The position numbers and the translations under genes were made by a program. A DNA stretch of 64,000 nucleotides, taken from the NCBI GenBank assembly GCA_026914245.1, contig CP110440.1, positions 1,240,001-1,304,000 of the forward strand. Reading direction: 5' to 3'. Shown here piece after piece: positions 23,861 to 36,020 of the stretch. How positions within the stretch are numbered: the stretch's first letter is position 1; each line of letters begins with the position of its first letter. Source of the DNA: Puccinia triticina. Taxonomy: Eukaryota. The notes under the pieces were generated by a model. That model was not told the DNA's origin. It did not search any database and was given only the letters and a program-made list of their open reading frames with translations.

Positions 23861-24698
23861 GATGTCTACGGCCCGGCGGTCCGATCCCAGCGCCGCCCGT
23901 CTACACGAACCCGTCGGACTCGAGCAGAGGGGGTGGACTCGAGGACGGGCCATCCGCGGCTTGCTTCGGAAACGACCGAGCGAAGTCTGGAGCATCGTGC
24001 GCTGCCACCGGCGGCAGAGTCGTGGTCGACGAGGTGGTGGAGTCGTGTACATAACAGAAAGGTGTTCACCGGGCATCCCCGGGAGCCCGTGCGGACTCCA
24101 CGGTCCGCCGCGGGAGGTGATCGGCCCGGCGGCTGGCGCCGGTGCTCCGCCCGGAACGGATGCCCATCTCCGTCGAGTGCATCCGCTCAACAGCAGCACC
24201 ACCCCCTTGTCTCTCCTGCATGCTCACCCGCCGGGACGTCGTGGCCGCTTGGGGTTTTGTTCTGGCGGGCAGGCCGTGTCTGTGGATCCAGCAGTCGGGC
24301 CCACTTGCATGGACACGTCGGCAGAGAGCAGGCCCGGGGGCCGGCGGACGGTCACGTGATATTCTGTTTTTTAAGACGCGGACCCGTCCAGTCAGAGTGT
24401 GTGTACTAATCTCAGCTCCAACTGGCTCGGTTTTTTTGTTCGTGCGCCGGCTGGTCCAATTGCGATGGCCTCAAAAATTGTGTCGAGAGACAGACAGGCC
24501 TGACTGGCCGGCTCAGCGGCTCCGAAGCGATGGCTGGTCTGATCCAGCGCATCCACAGACTGCCAGGACTCGTGCTTATAAGGCCTGGCTTGCTCGTGCG
24601 ACGCTGTGGGCTCCCTAATAATCACGCGCACTCTTTCTGCTCACCAACACTCCTCAGGTACTCCACTCCGAACACCAGCACTCCTAATTTACACCCCT

Positions 24699-26286
24699 AT
24701 GGCTCTCGTGTGCAAGTGGGACAAGCCCGTCTGCCGGCGCACGTTCCCCACCGCCGAGGTAAGCGTCATCCCCCATCCTGCCCACGCTCGGCGCGCTGAT
24801 CGTCTTTCCTCTCTCCGGTTGCAGGAACTGTTCAACCATCTTTGCGACGGCCATGTCGGCCGGAAACGGCACGGCAATCTGAGCCTGAACTGCAGCTGGG
24901 AGGTACGCACTCCACACCCCCTACTCTACCCCGCTCGGATCTCTAACGTCCTCTTTCCTTGTTCCTGCCACAGGCCTGCGACCATAAGGCTGCCAAACGC
25001 GACCGTAAGTGATCTGTGTGTTTGGTGCCGCCCGTTCATCTGTTGAGCTTTGGATTGTTTTTCGCTGTCTAGATATGACTTCTCACATGATGGGTAAGAC
25101 ACTACGCTCTGTGAAGTTTGTCAGCTTTTTTCGAGGCGCTGACCCTTTTGAATTCATCTAGTGCACTGTCCCCTGCAGACCAATGTATGCGGGGTAAGTG
25201 ATGCTCCCCTCCGCCGAGAAGTGGATGTATTTAAATATGTTGCTGACAGTGTTGCGGGTGGCCTAACAGATCTGCAGCAAGACATTCAAGCGTTCGTACG
25301 ACCTCCGCAAGCACGAGATCACCCATACGGCGGCCCACCACCAGGCGCACGGCCGCTCGCGGGCGACGGTCTACCAGGACGTGGACATCTCGCTGGGGGT
25401 CTCGGCGCTCGACCGCTCGACGCCCGTCAACCACTCGCGCGTGTACAGCTGTCCCCGCGAACACTCGGTCGACTCGCTGAGCGCGGCCAAGCTGGCGGCG
25501 CCCGGGGCGGCCCGGCGCGGAAGCTCGGTGCCCGGGGCGAAGGCCAAGCCCTACCTCCGCCCGGGCTCGTCCACCCCCTTCGCCGGACACTCCTCGCGCG
25601 AGTTCTTCCGGCACGAGCCTGCCCAGTTCCCGGCAGGGGGGTATGAGCAGATCGGCTGGTCTGCGCGAGGAGGGGCAGTCTCCCGGCAGAAATCAGCAGG
25701 AGCGTATGGCGGGGGGACGGTGTATGGCTCGGCGTATGGCGGGAGCGCGGCGCTGGACTGCCAGCCGCTGGTGTATCCGCCCAGCTGCTCGTCCTTCAGC
25801 CCCTACCGCAGCTTCGCTGGTCTGGTGGACCCGTACCCGCTGCTGGCCGAGCAGCCGCCCGGGCTGGGCGAGTTCCGGAGCTTCTCGACGCCGCCGGCCG
25901 AGCAGCAAGCCTACCAGCATGCGACCAACTTCGCGCCCTCCGCCGCGGGTGCCGGCCAGCAGCAGCTGTACATCGAGACGGACGGCTATGGCCAGCCGGC
26001 CTGGCAGACCGGCCTCCACGCGTCCGCTTCCGAGCCCAGCGTGCTCTTCCCCGCCTCTTCCGACGCCGCCGGCGCGGGCCCGCTCGGCTGGCCCAGCAGC
26101 ACCCGCTCGGCCATGGCCGACTGCGACCCGCTCGGCCTCAACCACATCCTCAGCGAGATCCGGCTGCTCATCGACGACGACGACCGCCTCGGGCCGGCGT
26201 TTGTGGACTACACCGCCTTCGGGCCGCTCGACCATCTCTACCTGGACTCGCACCTGTTTTCTTCTCCTTCTCAAAACCCTGTTTAA
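24699..26286 (+). CDS. PacC/Rim101-like triple C2H2 zinc-finger transcription factor (about 412 aa, 6 exons)
   Basis: Exons 24699-24758, 24825-24902, 24974-25004, 25073-25093, 25162-25193 and 25270-26286 splice in frame to CKWDKPVC...HLCDGHVGRKRHGNLSLNCSWEAC...KRDHMTSHMMVHCPLQTNVCGICSKTFKRSYDLRKHEITH. Confidence 0.85.
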
Positions 26287-26530
26287 GCTTTCCCCTCTCC
26301 TTTGTTGTGTGTATGTATCTATGTATTTATTTATTTTGCTTTGGGTACAATTTTAAGCTCGAGACTCCTAAACATGGTGTATGTAATTCCGATGGTCGTA
26401 AACACATACAGCGCGATTGTCAGATAGCGGCTAAGTGCATACAGGAAGAAAAAAAAAAAAGGAGAAAAGCAGCGAGGGTGTGCCTGGGTGGAGGGTGAGC
26501 TGCTGCCGGGAAACCATCACCACCACCACG

Positions 26531-27235
26531 ATGGCCTCCCATCACCCCCACCCCCACTACGCACACCGAACACTGCCTCAGCAGCAGCAGCAGCAACAAC
26601 AGCAACTGCCCCCACCCCCAGCACCAACAACAACAACAACAACCACAGCCAGCCACATCAACAACAACAACACCATCCAAGCAAACAACGCAAACACAAC
26701 CAGCAGACTCCCAGAGCTCTTCGACTGTCTCAAGCAGGAGTTCGACACCATCCAAGCAGAATCACTCTCCCTCAAGTCCCAGACACACGAATTCGAATCC
26801 CACAGTCAGTCCACCCACCCCCACCATAGCACACACCATACTCACCCCCTGCTTCCACCCCAGTCAGCGCATGCACAACCGACCTCAGCCATCTGCGCGA
26901 ACAGCTCTACCATCTCGAGCGGGAACACACCAAGCTCAAAACACAGTAAGCTGGCCCCCACAACAGAACTAGCCCATCCAGACTGCTGACAAACAAACAA
27001 ACAAAAAAGCTATGAGGAAGAGCTCCGCAGACTCCACCTCGAGCTCGAACAGCGCTCGGCTCAGCAGCCCCCCAACAGCCAGCTGCCCCACGACCCCCGC
27101 CCCCCGCCCAACCTGCCCCAGGCGAACAACAACGCCGGATTCCCCTCCGCCCAGCAATCCACCATACCCGGCTCACACGCCCAGCAGCAACAGCAGCAAG
27201 CCCAGCAGCAAGCCCAGCAGCAAGCCCATCATCAG

Positions 27236-27272
<37 letters not shown>

Positions 27273-29415
27273 AGCAGCAGCAGCAACAACAGCAGCAGCA
27301 GCAGGGCTTCAGCGCCAACCCCTCCCTCCACCACGACCGGCCTGCCTTCCAACGCGACTGCGACCCCAACTATACCAACGGCCTCGGCCCTCGCAACTCC
27401 ACCGACACCAGCATCCCCGACCATCCCCCCAAACGGCTCCGCACCGACCAGCGCGACCGCCCCGCCGATCCCGACCTCGACCCGCGCAACAGCATCAACA
27501 GCGGCCCCGCCCCGATGGCCCACAACCCCGCCCTCGCCATCTCGCCCTCCCCCGTCCTACCCCATCCGCCCGGCCGGGGCGCCCCGGACGCGAAGAACAA
27601 AATCAAACCGAACGATCGTGCGTTTCTCTTCCTCCTGTCTCTACACACACAGGCTGACGCTGCTGGAGAGCAGCCCAACACCCCAAACTGTCCAACCCGC
27701 CCCCCCACCCGTACGCCAGCGCCTACCATCCGCGCCCCGACCTCCACATCCCCGGCCCGCCCTCCCAGCAGCAGCACCACCACGCCGGCGGAGCCCCGCC
27801 CGCCGCCCTCCAGCCCCAGCCCCCGCCCCCGAATACCAACGTCCTCCTCGACCTCGACCCGGATACCTTGCCCAGTAACATGAAGAAAGAGGGCGTCGAT
27901 TGGATGACCATGTTCAACCCCAAGGTCAAGAAGGTCCTCGACGTCGGCCTCGTCCATACCCTCGTCCACGACAGGTACGCCCCTCTCTCTCTCCTCCACA
28001 CTCGTCCGGACCGCTCACATCCTTTTCTCTTCAGCGTCGTCTGCTGTGTCAAGTTCTCCCCCGACGGAACTATCCTCGCTACCGGATGCAACCGGTATAC
28101 GTCGCTCTACAACACCCGCACCGGGTCCAAGATATGGTCAGTCGCCATCCTCGCCCCCTCTTCTCCCAGCGCACCCCACGTCGACTGACTGTTTTTTTTT
28201 TTCTGGTTTCGCAGTCAACTGTTGGACGATGCGCACGGCACCCAAGTCGCCGACAATTATATCCGCAGTGCGTCGTTTAGTCCGGACGGCAAGCTGCTAG
28301 CCACAGGGTCGGAAGACCGGATCATCAGGGTGAGTGGGAGTGTTTGTCTTGCGATGTGGCAGGAGGAACGCTTATATTGGCGGACAGATATGGGATGTGG
28401 GGCAGAAGCGGATAGTGAACCGGTTTCAGGGGCACAAGTCGGAGATCTATTCTCTGGCCTTCTCGCCGGATGGCCGGATGTTAGTGTCGGGCTCGGGGGA
28501 CAAGACGGCGCGGATATGGGACATGACGCTAGGCAGCTGTCTGTTCCATCTGATGATCGAGGAGACGGGGGGAGCGAGCGACGGGAGCGCGGTGGATGCG
28601 GGGGTGACGTCGGTGTGTGTGTCGCCGGACGGCTCGCTGCTTGCGGCGGGCTCGCTGGACACGGTGGTGCGGCTGTGGGACACGTCGAACGGGCTCCTGC
28701 TCGACAAGCTCAAGGGCCACAACGACTCGGTCTACTCCGTCGCCTTCTCCCCCGACGGCAAGTTCCTCGTCTCCGGCAGCCTCGACAAGACCCTCAAGCT
28801 CTGGGACCTCGCCACCCTCAATCGCGACGGCAACCCCCCCTTCAACGCCGCCCTCACCGTCAAGAAAGAAGACCCCGCCGTCGGGGCCCCCTCCGCTACC
28901 GCCGCCTCCTCGGCTTCCTCAACCGCCGCCCTCGCCGGGACCGTCGAGCGCGGCGAGAACGGGGAGAAGATCACAAGCGACCGCGGCTTCGACCCCTCCC
29001 GTCCCTCAACCTCCTGCACCACCACGCTCACCGGCCACAAAGTATGTCTCCCCCCCCCACATCCCAAAGCCTCTCTTTTTTTTTTTTTTTACTGAGTCGC
29101 GCCTCGGACCTAGGACTACGTCTTGTCGGTCGCCGTGTCGCCCGACGGCGAGTGGATCATGTCCGGCTCGAAGGACCGCGGCGTGCAGTTCTGGGACCCC
29201 AAGACGGCGATGGCCCAGTTCATGCTCCAAGGCCACAAGAACTCCGGTCCGTCTCCCGCTCTCTTCCTCTCTCCCCCGTGTGTGTGTGTGTGCTTACGGC
29301 GGATGGTGGGCCAGTTATCTCGATCGCCGTGTCCGACTCCGGCGGCCTGCTGGCCACCGGATCCGGCGATTGGCACGCCAGGATCTGGTCCTACGAGCGC
29401 ATCGCCAAGAAGTAA
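26531..29415 (+). CDS. TUP1: General transcriptional corepressor Tup1 (Tup_N, Q/P-rich linker, WD40 repeats), multi-exon
   Basis: [72 protein letters not shown] and [14 protein letters not shown]. Confidence 0.93.
27183..27304 (+). repeat. CAG/CAA trinucleotide tract (poly-Q/QA) in TUP1; further CAG/ACA tracts at 26579-26670
   Basis: Direct sequence. Confidence 0.9.
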
Positions 29416-30053
29416 TCCCCCCCCTTCTCCCCCCGTCCCGCCAAAACCTCTGAAACCCTTCTGCTTTTTTGTTTTTTTGTTTTCTTGTGACGCGAGGACG
29501 GGATGGCCGGCCGGACGCTTCTCCTTCTGAGCCCGCCGCCGCGCTCCGACGTCTTGCTTCTGTTCCTGTAGACAACAAAAAAGGAGAAGCACGGACTCGA
29601 AATGAAAAAAAATGGGTGTATATATATATCTCGACTGGTTCCGCGTCCTTGTGCGGCTGTCCCTTTCCCCGGCTTGCTCCACACACCCTCCGCCTCGTCC
29701 ACGCCCCCCTCTTGACCCCCGGAGCGGCGCAAACGGCACACACAGCCCACCCAGTCTGCGCGTCCTTGTCTTTCTCCGGCGCGGCTGGATCCTTGCACTG
29801 CTCTCTGCTCTCTCTCTCTTCCTGCCCCCGCGCTCTCTCTCTCTTGGTCCTGATCCGCTCTGTTACGCTTTGTTTTCTGTGCGCCGTCGTGATTGGGCTA
29901 TCGATATATATGAATATATGTGTGGGAGCGGCGCCGCGTCTGCGCGTCGGCCGCCACACTGGATGGCGGTGCGCTCGTCACGTCCACCCGTCGTCGTCGG
30001 TCGTGCATGGGCGCTGTGTGTGCAGGGGCGCTTGGGCCGCTTGGTGAGAGGCT

Positions 30054-32610
30054 CTGTGATAAGGTTCCGATCCGGTGCCCCGGGTTCGGGTATTGCCTTC
30101 CCGAGATCCGAACCCGGCGTATCCGGACCCGACACCGGGTACCCGGCGGATATCCCCAAAAATTGTGATTTCGAGGCTCTGAGGTGTGTTTGGTGGGAAT
30201 CTGAGCTCTTCTGCGTGAATTAACGCTTGACCATTGCTTCCACGACCCAGAAATGGCCCCCAAACGCGCCGCTAGTGACTCTGCACCCATTGAGATCGAT
30301 TCAGCCTCGGAAGACGAACCAACAACGCGGCCAGTTGATGCTGAACCCAAAGCTTCCGGCAAGAAAAGCTGGGTTTGGCAATATTTCAAGATGACTACCA
30401 CGAACGATGCGTCTTTCAACGTGTGCCAGGTCAACAAGACTCCCGGAGGTAGAGACTTATGCCTTAAAAAGCTTGCCGTCGACGGGAAGGGATCAACCAA
30501 AAGTATGATCAATCACTTGGACCGCTGCCATAAAATACACGAAGGAAAATCGGATACCGGTGCAATCACGAAGTTCTTGAAAAAAGGGAAATTACCAACG
30601 AAACTCAACCGCGACTCCTTGACTGCCACAGTTGCCCGCTTTTTCATCAACTGTAACATTCCTTATATTGTTATCAAAGACGAGGAATTTTGCAAGCTCC
30701 TTCGACTCTGCAACCCAGAAACAAAAAATCTTATTTGTACTGCAGACACATTGGCTTTGTTCATTCAGCTAACCTTTCAACAGGGACAACAAGTCCTCTG
30801 CGAACAGCTCCGCGGAATCAAGTCCCAAATCAGCCTAACCTGCAACACCTGGACGTCCCCTAGCAACCAATCAATCCTAGGAGTAACAGCACACTGGATT
30901 GACAAGAATTTTTCTCTTTGGTCAATTGTCTTAGCTGCTCGGATTGTTGATGGAACTCACGCTGGAGTTAATCTAGGAAAGCACTTAATAGAGGTGCTGA
31001 AGTCTTTTGACATTACCAATAAGGTATTCTGTATCACAGCCGACAATGCGACAAACAACAGCACAATGAGCTCCTATATATCGACTCAAATTCAGTTCAA
31101 TAGTCAAAATTGTATGCTTGGTTGTATGGCGCATGTGATCAACCTCGCCGCGCAAGCAGTAATAAAATCTCTCTCCCAACCACCGCCACCACCACCCGAA
31201 GTTCCGCAGGGACTATCAAGCATCCTCAATGATGAACCAGTGGCAGATCCGATAGAATTCAAAAGCGTTGTTTCTCGAATCAGCAGCCTCACAACCTTCT
31301 TAAAGCGCTCCCCTCAAAAAAAAGCTGCATTCTTAGACATCACTATTCGCTTGATGGGGAAAAAATTATCGATGATTGATGATGTAGCGACCCGATGGAA
31401 TTCGACGTTTCACATGCTCAGGAGGGCATATAGTCTTCGAGCTTGTATTGCGGAATTTTGCGAAGCCCACAACTTGAGTGAGAAGTACGACCTTACACCA
31501 GGGGAATGGGATAAAGTCAAGCTACTCTGTAATTTCTTGGAGCCTCTTGAAGAAGCAACAGATACAATCTCGCCCGAAAAAACTCCGACTTTGGTCCTTG
31601 CAGCACCGGTATACATTTGTTTGATGGAAAAGCTTACAGAGGTACGACTCTTTTCAATCTCGTCTAAGCTTGTATCAGTATTAATAATCATTGTACTTGT
31701 CAAACTTTTCCTAACGTATAGGCTTCTAAGAAATATGGCGCTCAGGGACTGATTCCGGCCGCACAAGATATGCTCGACAAGCTGAAGGGATATTTCAATT
31801 CAGCAATCAACAAACCTGTTTATCTATGCTCAACTTTGCTTGACCCACGCATCAAGATGGACATCCTTTCTCCAGAAGTCCTTGCAATGATGACTCGCAG
31901 CAGGAAATCAATTATCGACGACTTTCGGAGTGAAGCCAAGAAGTACATGAATAACAGATACAACAAAGACCACATAACAGACGAACCTTCCGAAACAGCG
32001 CCTAAGAACACATTGAAGTCTAGCCTTTTCAAAAAAAAGAAACGAAAGATGTCGTCGCTGGATGAAGAGGTCGATTACTATCTGAGCTCTGAATGCGAAG
32101 AGGAATCTTGCGATCCTCTAGTCTTCTGGAAAACGCACTCCAAACAGTTTCCAACCCTTGCGACAATGGCTCGAACATACCTCTCGGTACCTGCATCCAG
32201 TGCTCCAACCGAGAGAGCTTTCTCTGCCGGTCGATACATCCAGGACTATACACGAAATCGGATGAAAGTCGAAACTCTTGAGTCCCTGATCTGTCTAAAA
32301 GACTGGCTAGCTGAAGCCATCATCGATGTCGATACCATCAAATTACCAACTTTGTAGCTTTTTTTCTTTCATATATCAGTTGTCTTTGCAAACAAAGTAG
32401 TCAAAAAGTCCTCTCTTTTGAGAGGTTCCGCTGCCATGTTGCAGCAGAGGATTGAAGGCGAACAATGTCTCTCCTCTGCCCCTCTCCTAAGTATACAGAA
32501 ATACCCGACCGGATACCGGGTATCTCTGGACCCATCCCGTGACCCGACCCGACCCGGTATCCGGTCGGGTATCACCGGATCATCGGGGTCCGGATCGGAA
32601 CCTTACTCTG
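30054..32610 (+). mobile_element. hAT DNA transposon
   Basis: Inverted TAAGGTTCCGATCCGG at 30060-30075 and 32590-32605. CCGG-rich subterminal repeats. Internal transposase. No clean 8-bp TSD. Confidence 0.9.
30253..32357 (+). CDS. hAT transposase with BED zinc finger (about 674 aa; intron 31642-31721)
   Basis: KSWVWQYF/STKSMINHL BED finger, ITADNATNN, CMAHVINL, DVATRWNSTFHML, and C-terminal dimerisation region FW...LSVPASSAPTERAFS. The GT-AG intron joins the two ORFs in frame. Confidence 0.9.
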
Positions 32611-33668
32611 TGAGGACGGGTCCAGGACCTACCGACAGATGCTTCGTCCACCTGTCTGCAACGGGAGGCAGCGAGAAGGTGTGGACATGTGGGCCAGAGG
32701 CAGGCAGGGCGGCTTCGCCGTGATGCTGGGACGAGAGACCGGGGACACACGGATATGCCCGTCCGGCGTCCCCTTCCAGGCTCGGCCACGTGTCCCCCCC
32801 GCCTCATTCACGCACCGGGAGGCGCTCTCTCTGGCTGTGCAAGCGCCGCCCACTGTCTGTCTCTCAAGGACGCACAGGGCCGTCACGGCGTGTGCGGCTG
32901 CGTCTGGCCGCTGGAGAGGTCGTTGTACCATCGACCCCGGCGTCCTCAGGATACGCCGAGGCGGAAATGCGTAGCACCACTCGCTCCTTGCCACGCCGGG
33001 GCAGGGGCTCTTCTGGGAGCCGGGCAACACACTCACGGGACGTGGTGGTCTGCGCGAGCCAGCATTCTAGCTTACCCTTCAACTCTTCGCCGGGCGCGTG
33101 CTTGAGGTCTTTCGGGAATGGATCTCGAGCTGCGCCTGGCATCCTGAGGAAGCGGCGAGATGGACGGAGTGGAGATGGGGATGAAGGAGCGAGCTGGGGA
33201 CGGCCAAGGGGATGGCGAAATGGGCCTGGCGGTCCTCCAGAAAGAAAGTCAGACGTCGGGCGGCTTTTTGTTGCTTTGCTCAGGTCACCGGATTTCTGAT
33301 CGGTAAACACAGGTCGAGAAGACCGCTTGGTCACAGAGACCAAAACTTTCTACATTTATGTACATATATTTACAGAACACGATGCGACGCTTTGATATAT
33401 GTGTATGTACTTGTGCATTCCTATCAAATTCTTACTACGAGGGTTGTTTAGAACTTTCAAAATAAGAAGGGGGCAAAGCAATGCTGATGAGTCCGCGCGT
33501 TGAGGATGGGAATGAAGAACAAAAATACGAGGACGGATGGTAAACACAGGCGCAGATGAGACATAAAAGAAGAAGAAAAGAAAAATGAAAGCGCGAAGCT
33601 GCGGGTGGATGATTGATGCTAGCAGTCTGCGTTGGAACTGGACCACGGCACGGCGATGTGACGGGGGA

Positions 33669-36020
33669 TCATGACTGGTGCTTCATGGATTCCGGGGAGC
33701 TGGTCAGCAGTCTTTGTTCCAGTGACATCAACCTGGAGCGGTAATCATCCCCATTCACGTAGCCGCCGCATAGCCTCCTCGACCCTTGGAAGCCTGAGCG
33801 CCCATGCAGCACTCGATGGTTATCGAAAACTGTTGGCGCGCAAACGCCATATCCAGTTTGCAGGGAGAACAGAGCGATCAATGAGTTATGTTGACATTCC
33901 AAGCATGGTTTGAGGTTAGTAGAAGGTGAGTTGTACTCAACTCAAGGCTTGACCCATTCTCATCTGAGTCCACAATTCCATCCGATCGCTCTTGATAATC
34001 TTCTCCCATTCTCTGATAGCGAGATAGAGTTGTTTGACTTCAGGGCCCGAGCGCGCGACGAGGGGCAGCCGGTCGTCGGAGTTCCAGCGGATGATGGTGA
34101 GTTCGCCGGTGCGGGGATGGTGGGAGAGGACGGGCTGGGGCAGGAGGGGCCGGAAGGCAACGTGTGCGCCGCCGGAGGCGTGGCTGTCGATCGGGACCTC
34201 GGACAGGACTCGGTACGCCTCCGGATGCTCCCGGCGCAGCTTCGCCGCCGCCGCAAAGCCGTCAACCAGTAGCGACTTGCCGCCCTCGTGTGAGGTGGAT
34301 GGAGACAGCAGATGGAACAGCTGCAGCCCGGCCGGCTAAACCTCATCCAAAATCCATCATCTCGTGAGCTTTGCACGATCCGTGTCGGAGGCCTTGTGGG
34401 GATGGTGATGACTTACGTCGGAAAAGTACGTCGTGTCGGTGTGTGCGCCGAGTGGCAAGTTGGTATATGCTGTGTCTCCGTGCTCCATGTCGGCGGTAAA
34501 CTGATGGTCCGAAATCAGCTAGTCAGTCAACGCGCCTGTCAAGGGTAGAGCTTGGAAGCAAATGAACGTCGCCTTACGTCCCAAAAAGCACCGTAGTGGG
34601 TTTCCCGGATAAAGGCTCTTGGGGTGGGTGGAGCGATCAGCCAAGGCAACTCCACGGTGTTATATTATTACGTCATCCGCTTACATTTTTTTCAACAGCT
34701 CCTTCGTAGCTTCCGGGGTCGGGGGGACATCATCCACTAAACAAAAGCCGTATTTGTCCTGTGATGCAGGCCAAAGATTAAGCGCATGGATGAGATCGGG
34801 CGAAGATCCACGCGATAAGGGTAGGTACACTGACGATCTTGCGGAGCCATTCGAGGACGTAGAAATCGCCTTTCCAGGTCAATTCGTCTGTGGAAAAGAT
34901 GTCGTTGAAGCTGACGCTCGGCATGCAATTGATGATCGTATTGTCCCATAAGTACTTCGTCTTGCGCACTTGGGTGGCCGACGGGTGTCTGGCCGGACTG
35001 AGAGGCGGGTCGTATGAGTGTTGCAGCAAGAAGGAGAGCCTGATGAAGCTCCTGTGTCCATCTGGCCCTGCAGTTCCGGATAGCAGTCACATTAGCACGC
35101 TTCTGTCCTCTGTTTTGGCGGTGGAATGACAGGGTTTCGGGTGGCGTATTTTAGGACGGTTGCCCATGGGTGAGCCTTGGAATGGAGGCTCACACGTTAA
35201 TGAAAACCCCTCAGCTTCCAAGTCCACCCGAGTAGGTTGGATATCCAAAGGAATCTGGGGTGGACATAATAAATATTATCATTCAGAGCGTCTTGGTTAG
35301 TATCGGTGCATACTGACTTCGCCCTCAGAGAGGGCACGGCACTGCAAGCTACAGTTTATGTTGTGAATGCGTGTTGATGGGTCGATCGGGGGCTCGCTAG
35401 GACTTACTTGGTAGGTGTCTAGCTGACGCTGTTTAGTGTGCGGGTGGAAACATTTCTCACACCGGCAGTTATCGCGAAGCCAGATGTGATCACTGTGTTG
35501 GTTGAGAGGTTCAGAGCGGCAGAGGATGGTAAGATTAGGCTTTGTCTTGTCTTATACGCAACACGGTAAAGACCGCCGCTGGGGGGTGGAGATATTCTAT
35601 GCAAATGTAAATAAGTTTGTTCACCGACAATTTGCTAGAGCGGCCCTTGCCGAACTCAACCAAGAGCCCCAGATGGTCAGACTGGTAATTAACGGTCCTC
35701 CTGATGCCTGCCGACTGGGCAACTGGTCGTTCCTGCGGAGGCCGGATGGTCGAGGCGGAGGTGAGGCTCAAGGCTCTATGAGATGCAGCCTTGCTGGGGC
35801 CGGGGCCAGCTGTTTTCGGATCGCCCGGATACCTTGAAGATCTGAGAATGTCCAGCTGAGAAGATCGACAGCGTGGAGTTGGCTGGGCTGCCCGGAGCGG
35901 TGGTGCGAGTGATGTCATGGTTGCGTGACAAGGTTTGGGCTGTGGCCGCCAGCCGGCAGTCGCCATCCGACTCGGCAGCCTCGAGATCGACTGGGAGAGA
36001 CTCAACAGTGACTGAACCAT
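33669..36020 (-). CDS. Trimethyllysine dioxygenase (TauD/gamma-butyrobetaine dioxygenase family, carnitine biosynthesis), multi-exon
   Basis: My translation of the exons gives HIWLRDNCRCEKCFHPHTKQR, FIRETHYGAFWD, DTAYTNLPLGAHTDTTYF, IRWNSDDR and FDNHRVLHGRSGF...RRLCGGY. Start codon uncertain (36020 or 35966). Confidence 0.9.

Larger units (their letters stand above)
22255..23995 (-). pseudogene. gatB/PET112 pseudogene (5' and 3' ends fused, about 2 kb deleted, TE-interrupted)
   Basis: 22255-22370 resembles 15872-15990. 22380-22411 and 23861-23995 resemble 18180-18369. Confidence 0.8.

Noticed and set aside
25161..30250. Many long overlapping ORFs (poly-S, poly-L, poly-C, R/P-rich)
   Set aside because: These are shadow frames of GC-rich, CAG-repeat coding DNA of the PacC-like and TUP1 genes.
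30046..32618. 8-bp TSD for the hAT element
   Set aside because: The flanks GAGAGGCT and TGAGGACG do not match, so no TSD is claimed.
32611..33350. GC-rich ORFs between the hAT element and the dioxygenase gene
   Set aside because: No motif or consistent splice structure. Open frames on both strands are expected at this GC content.
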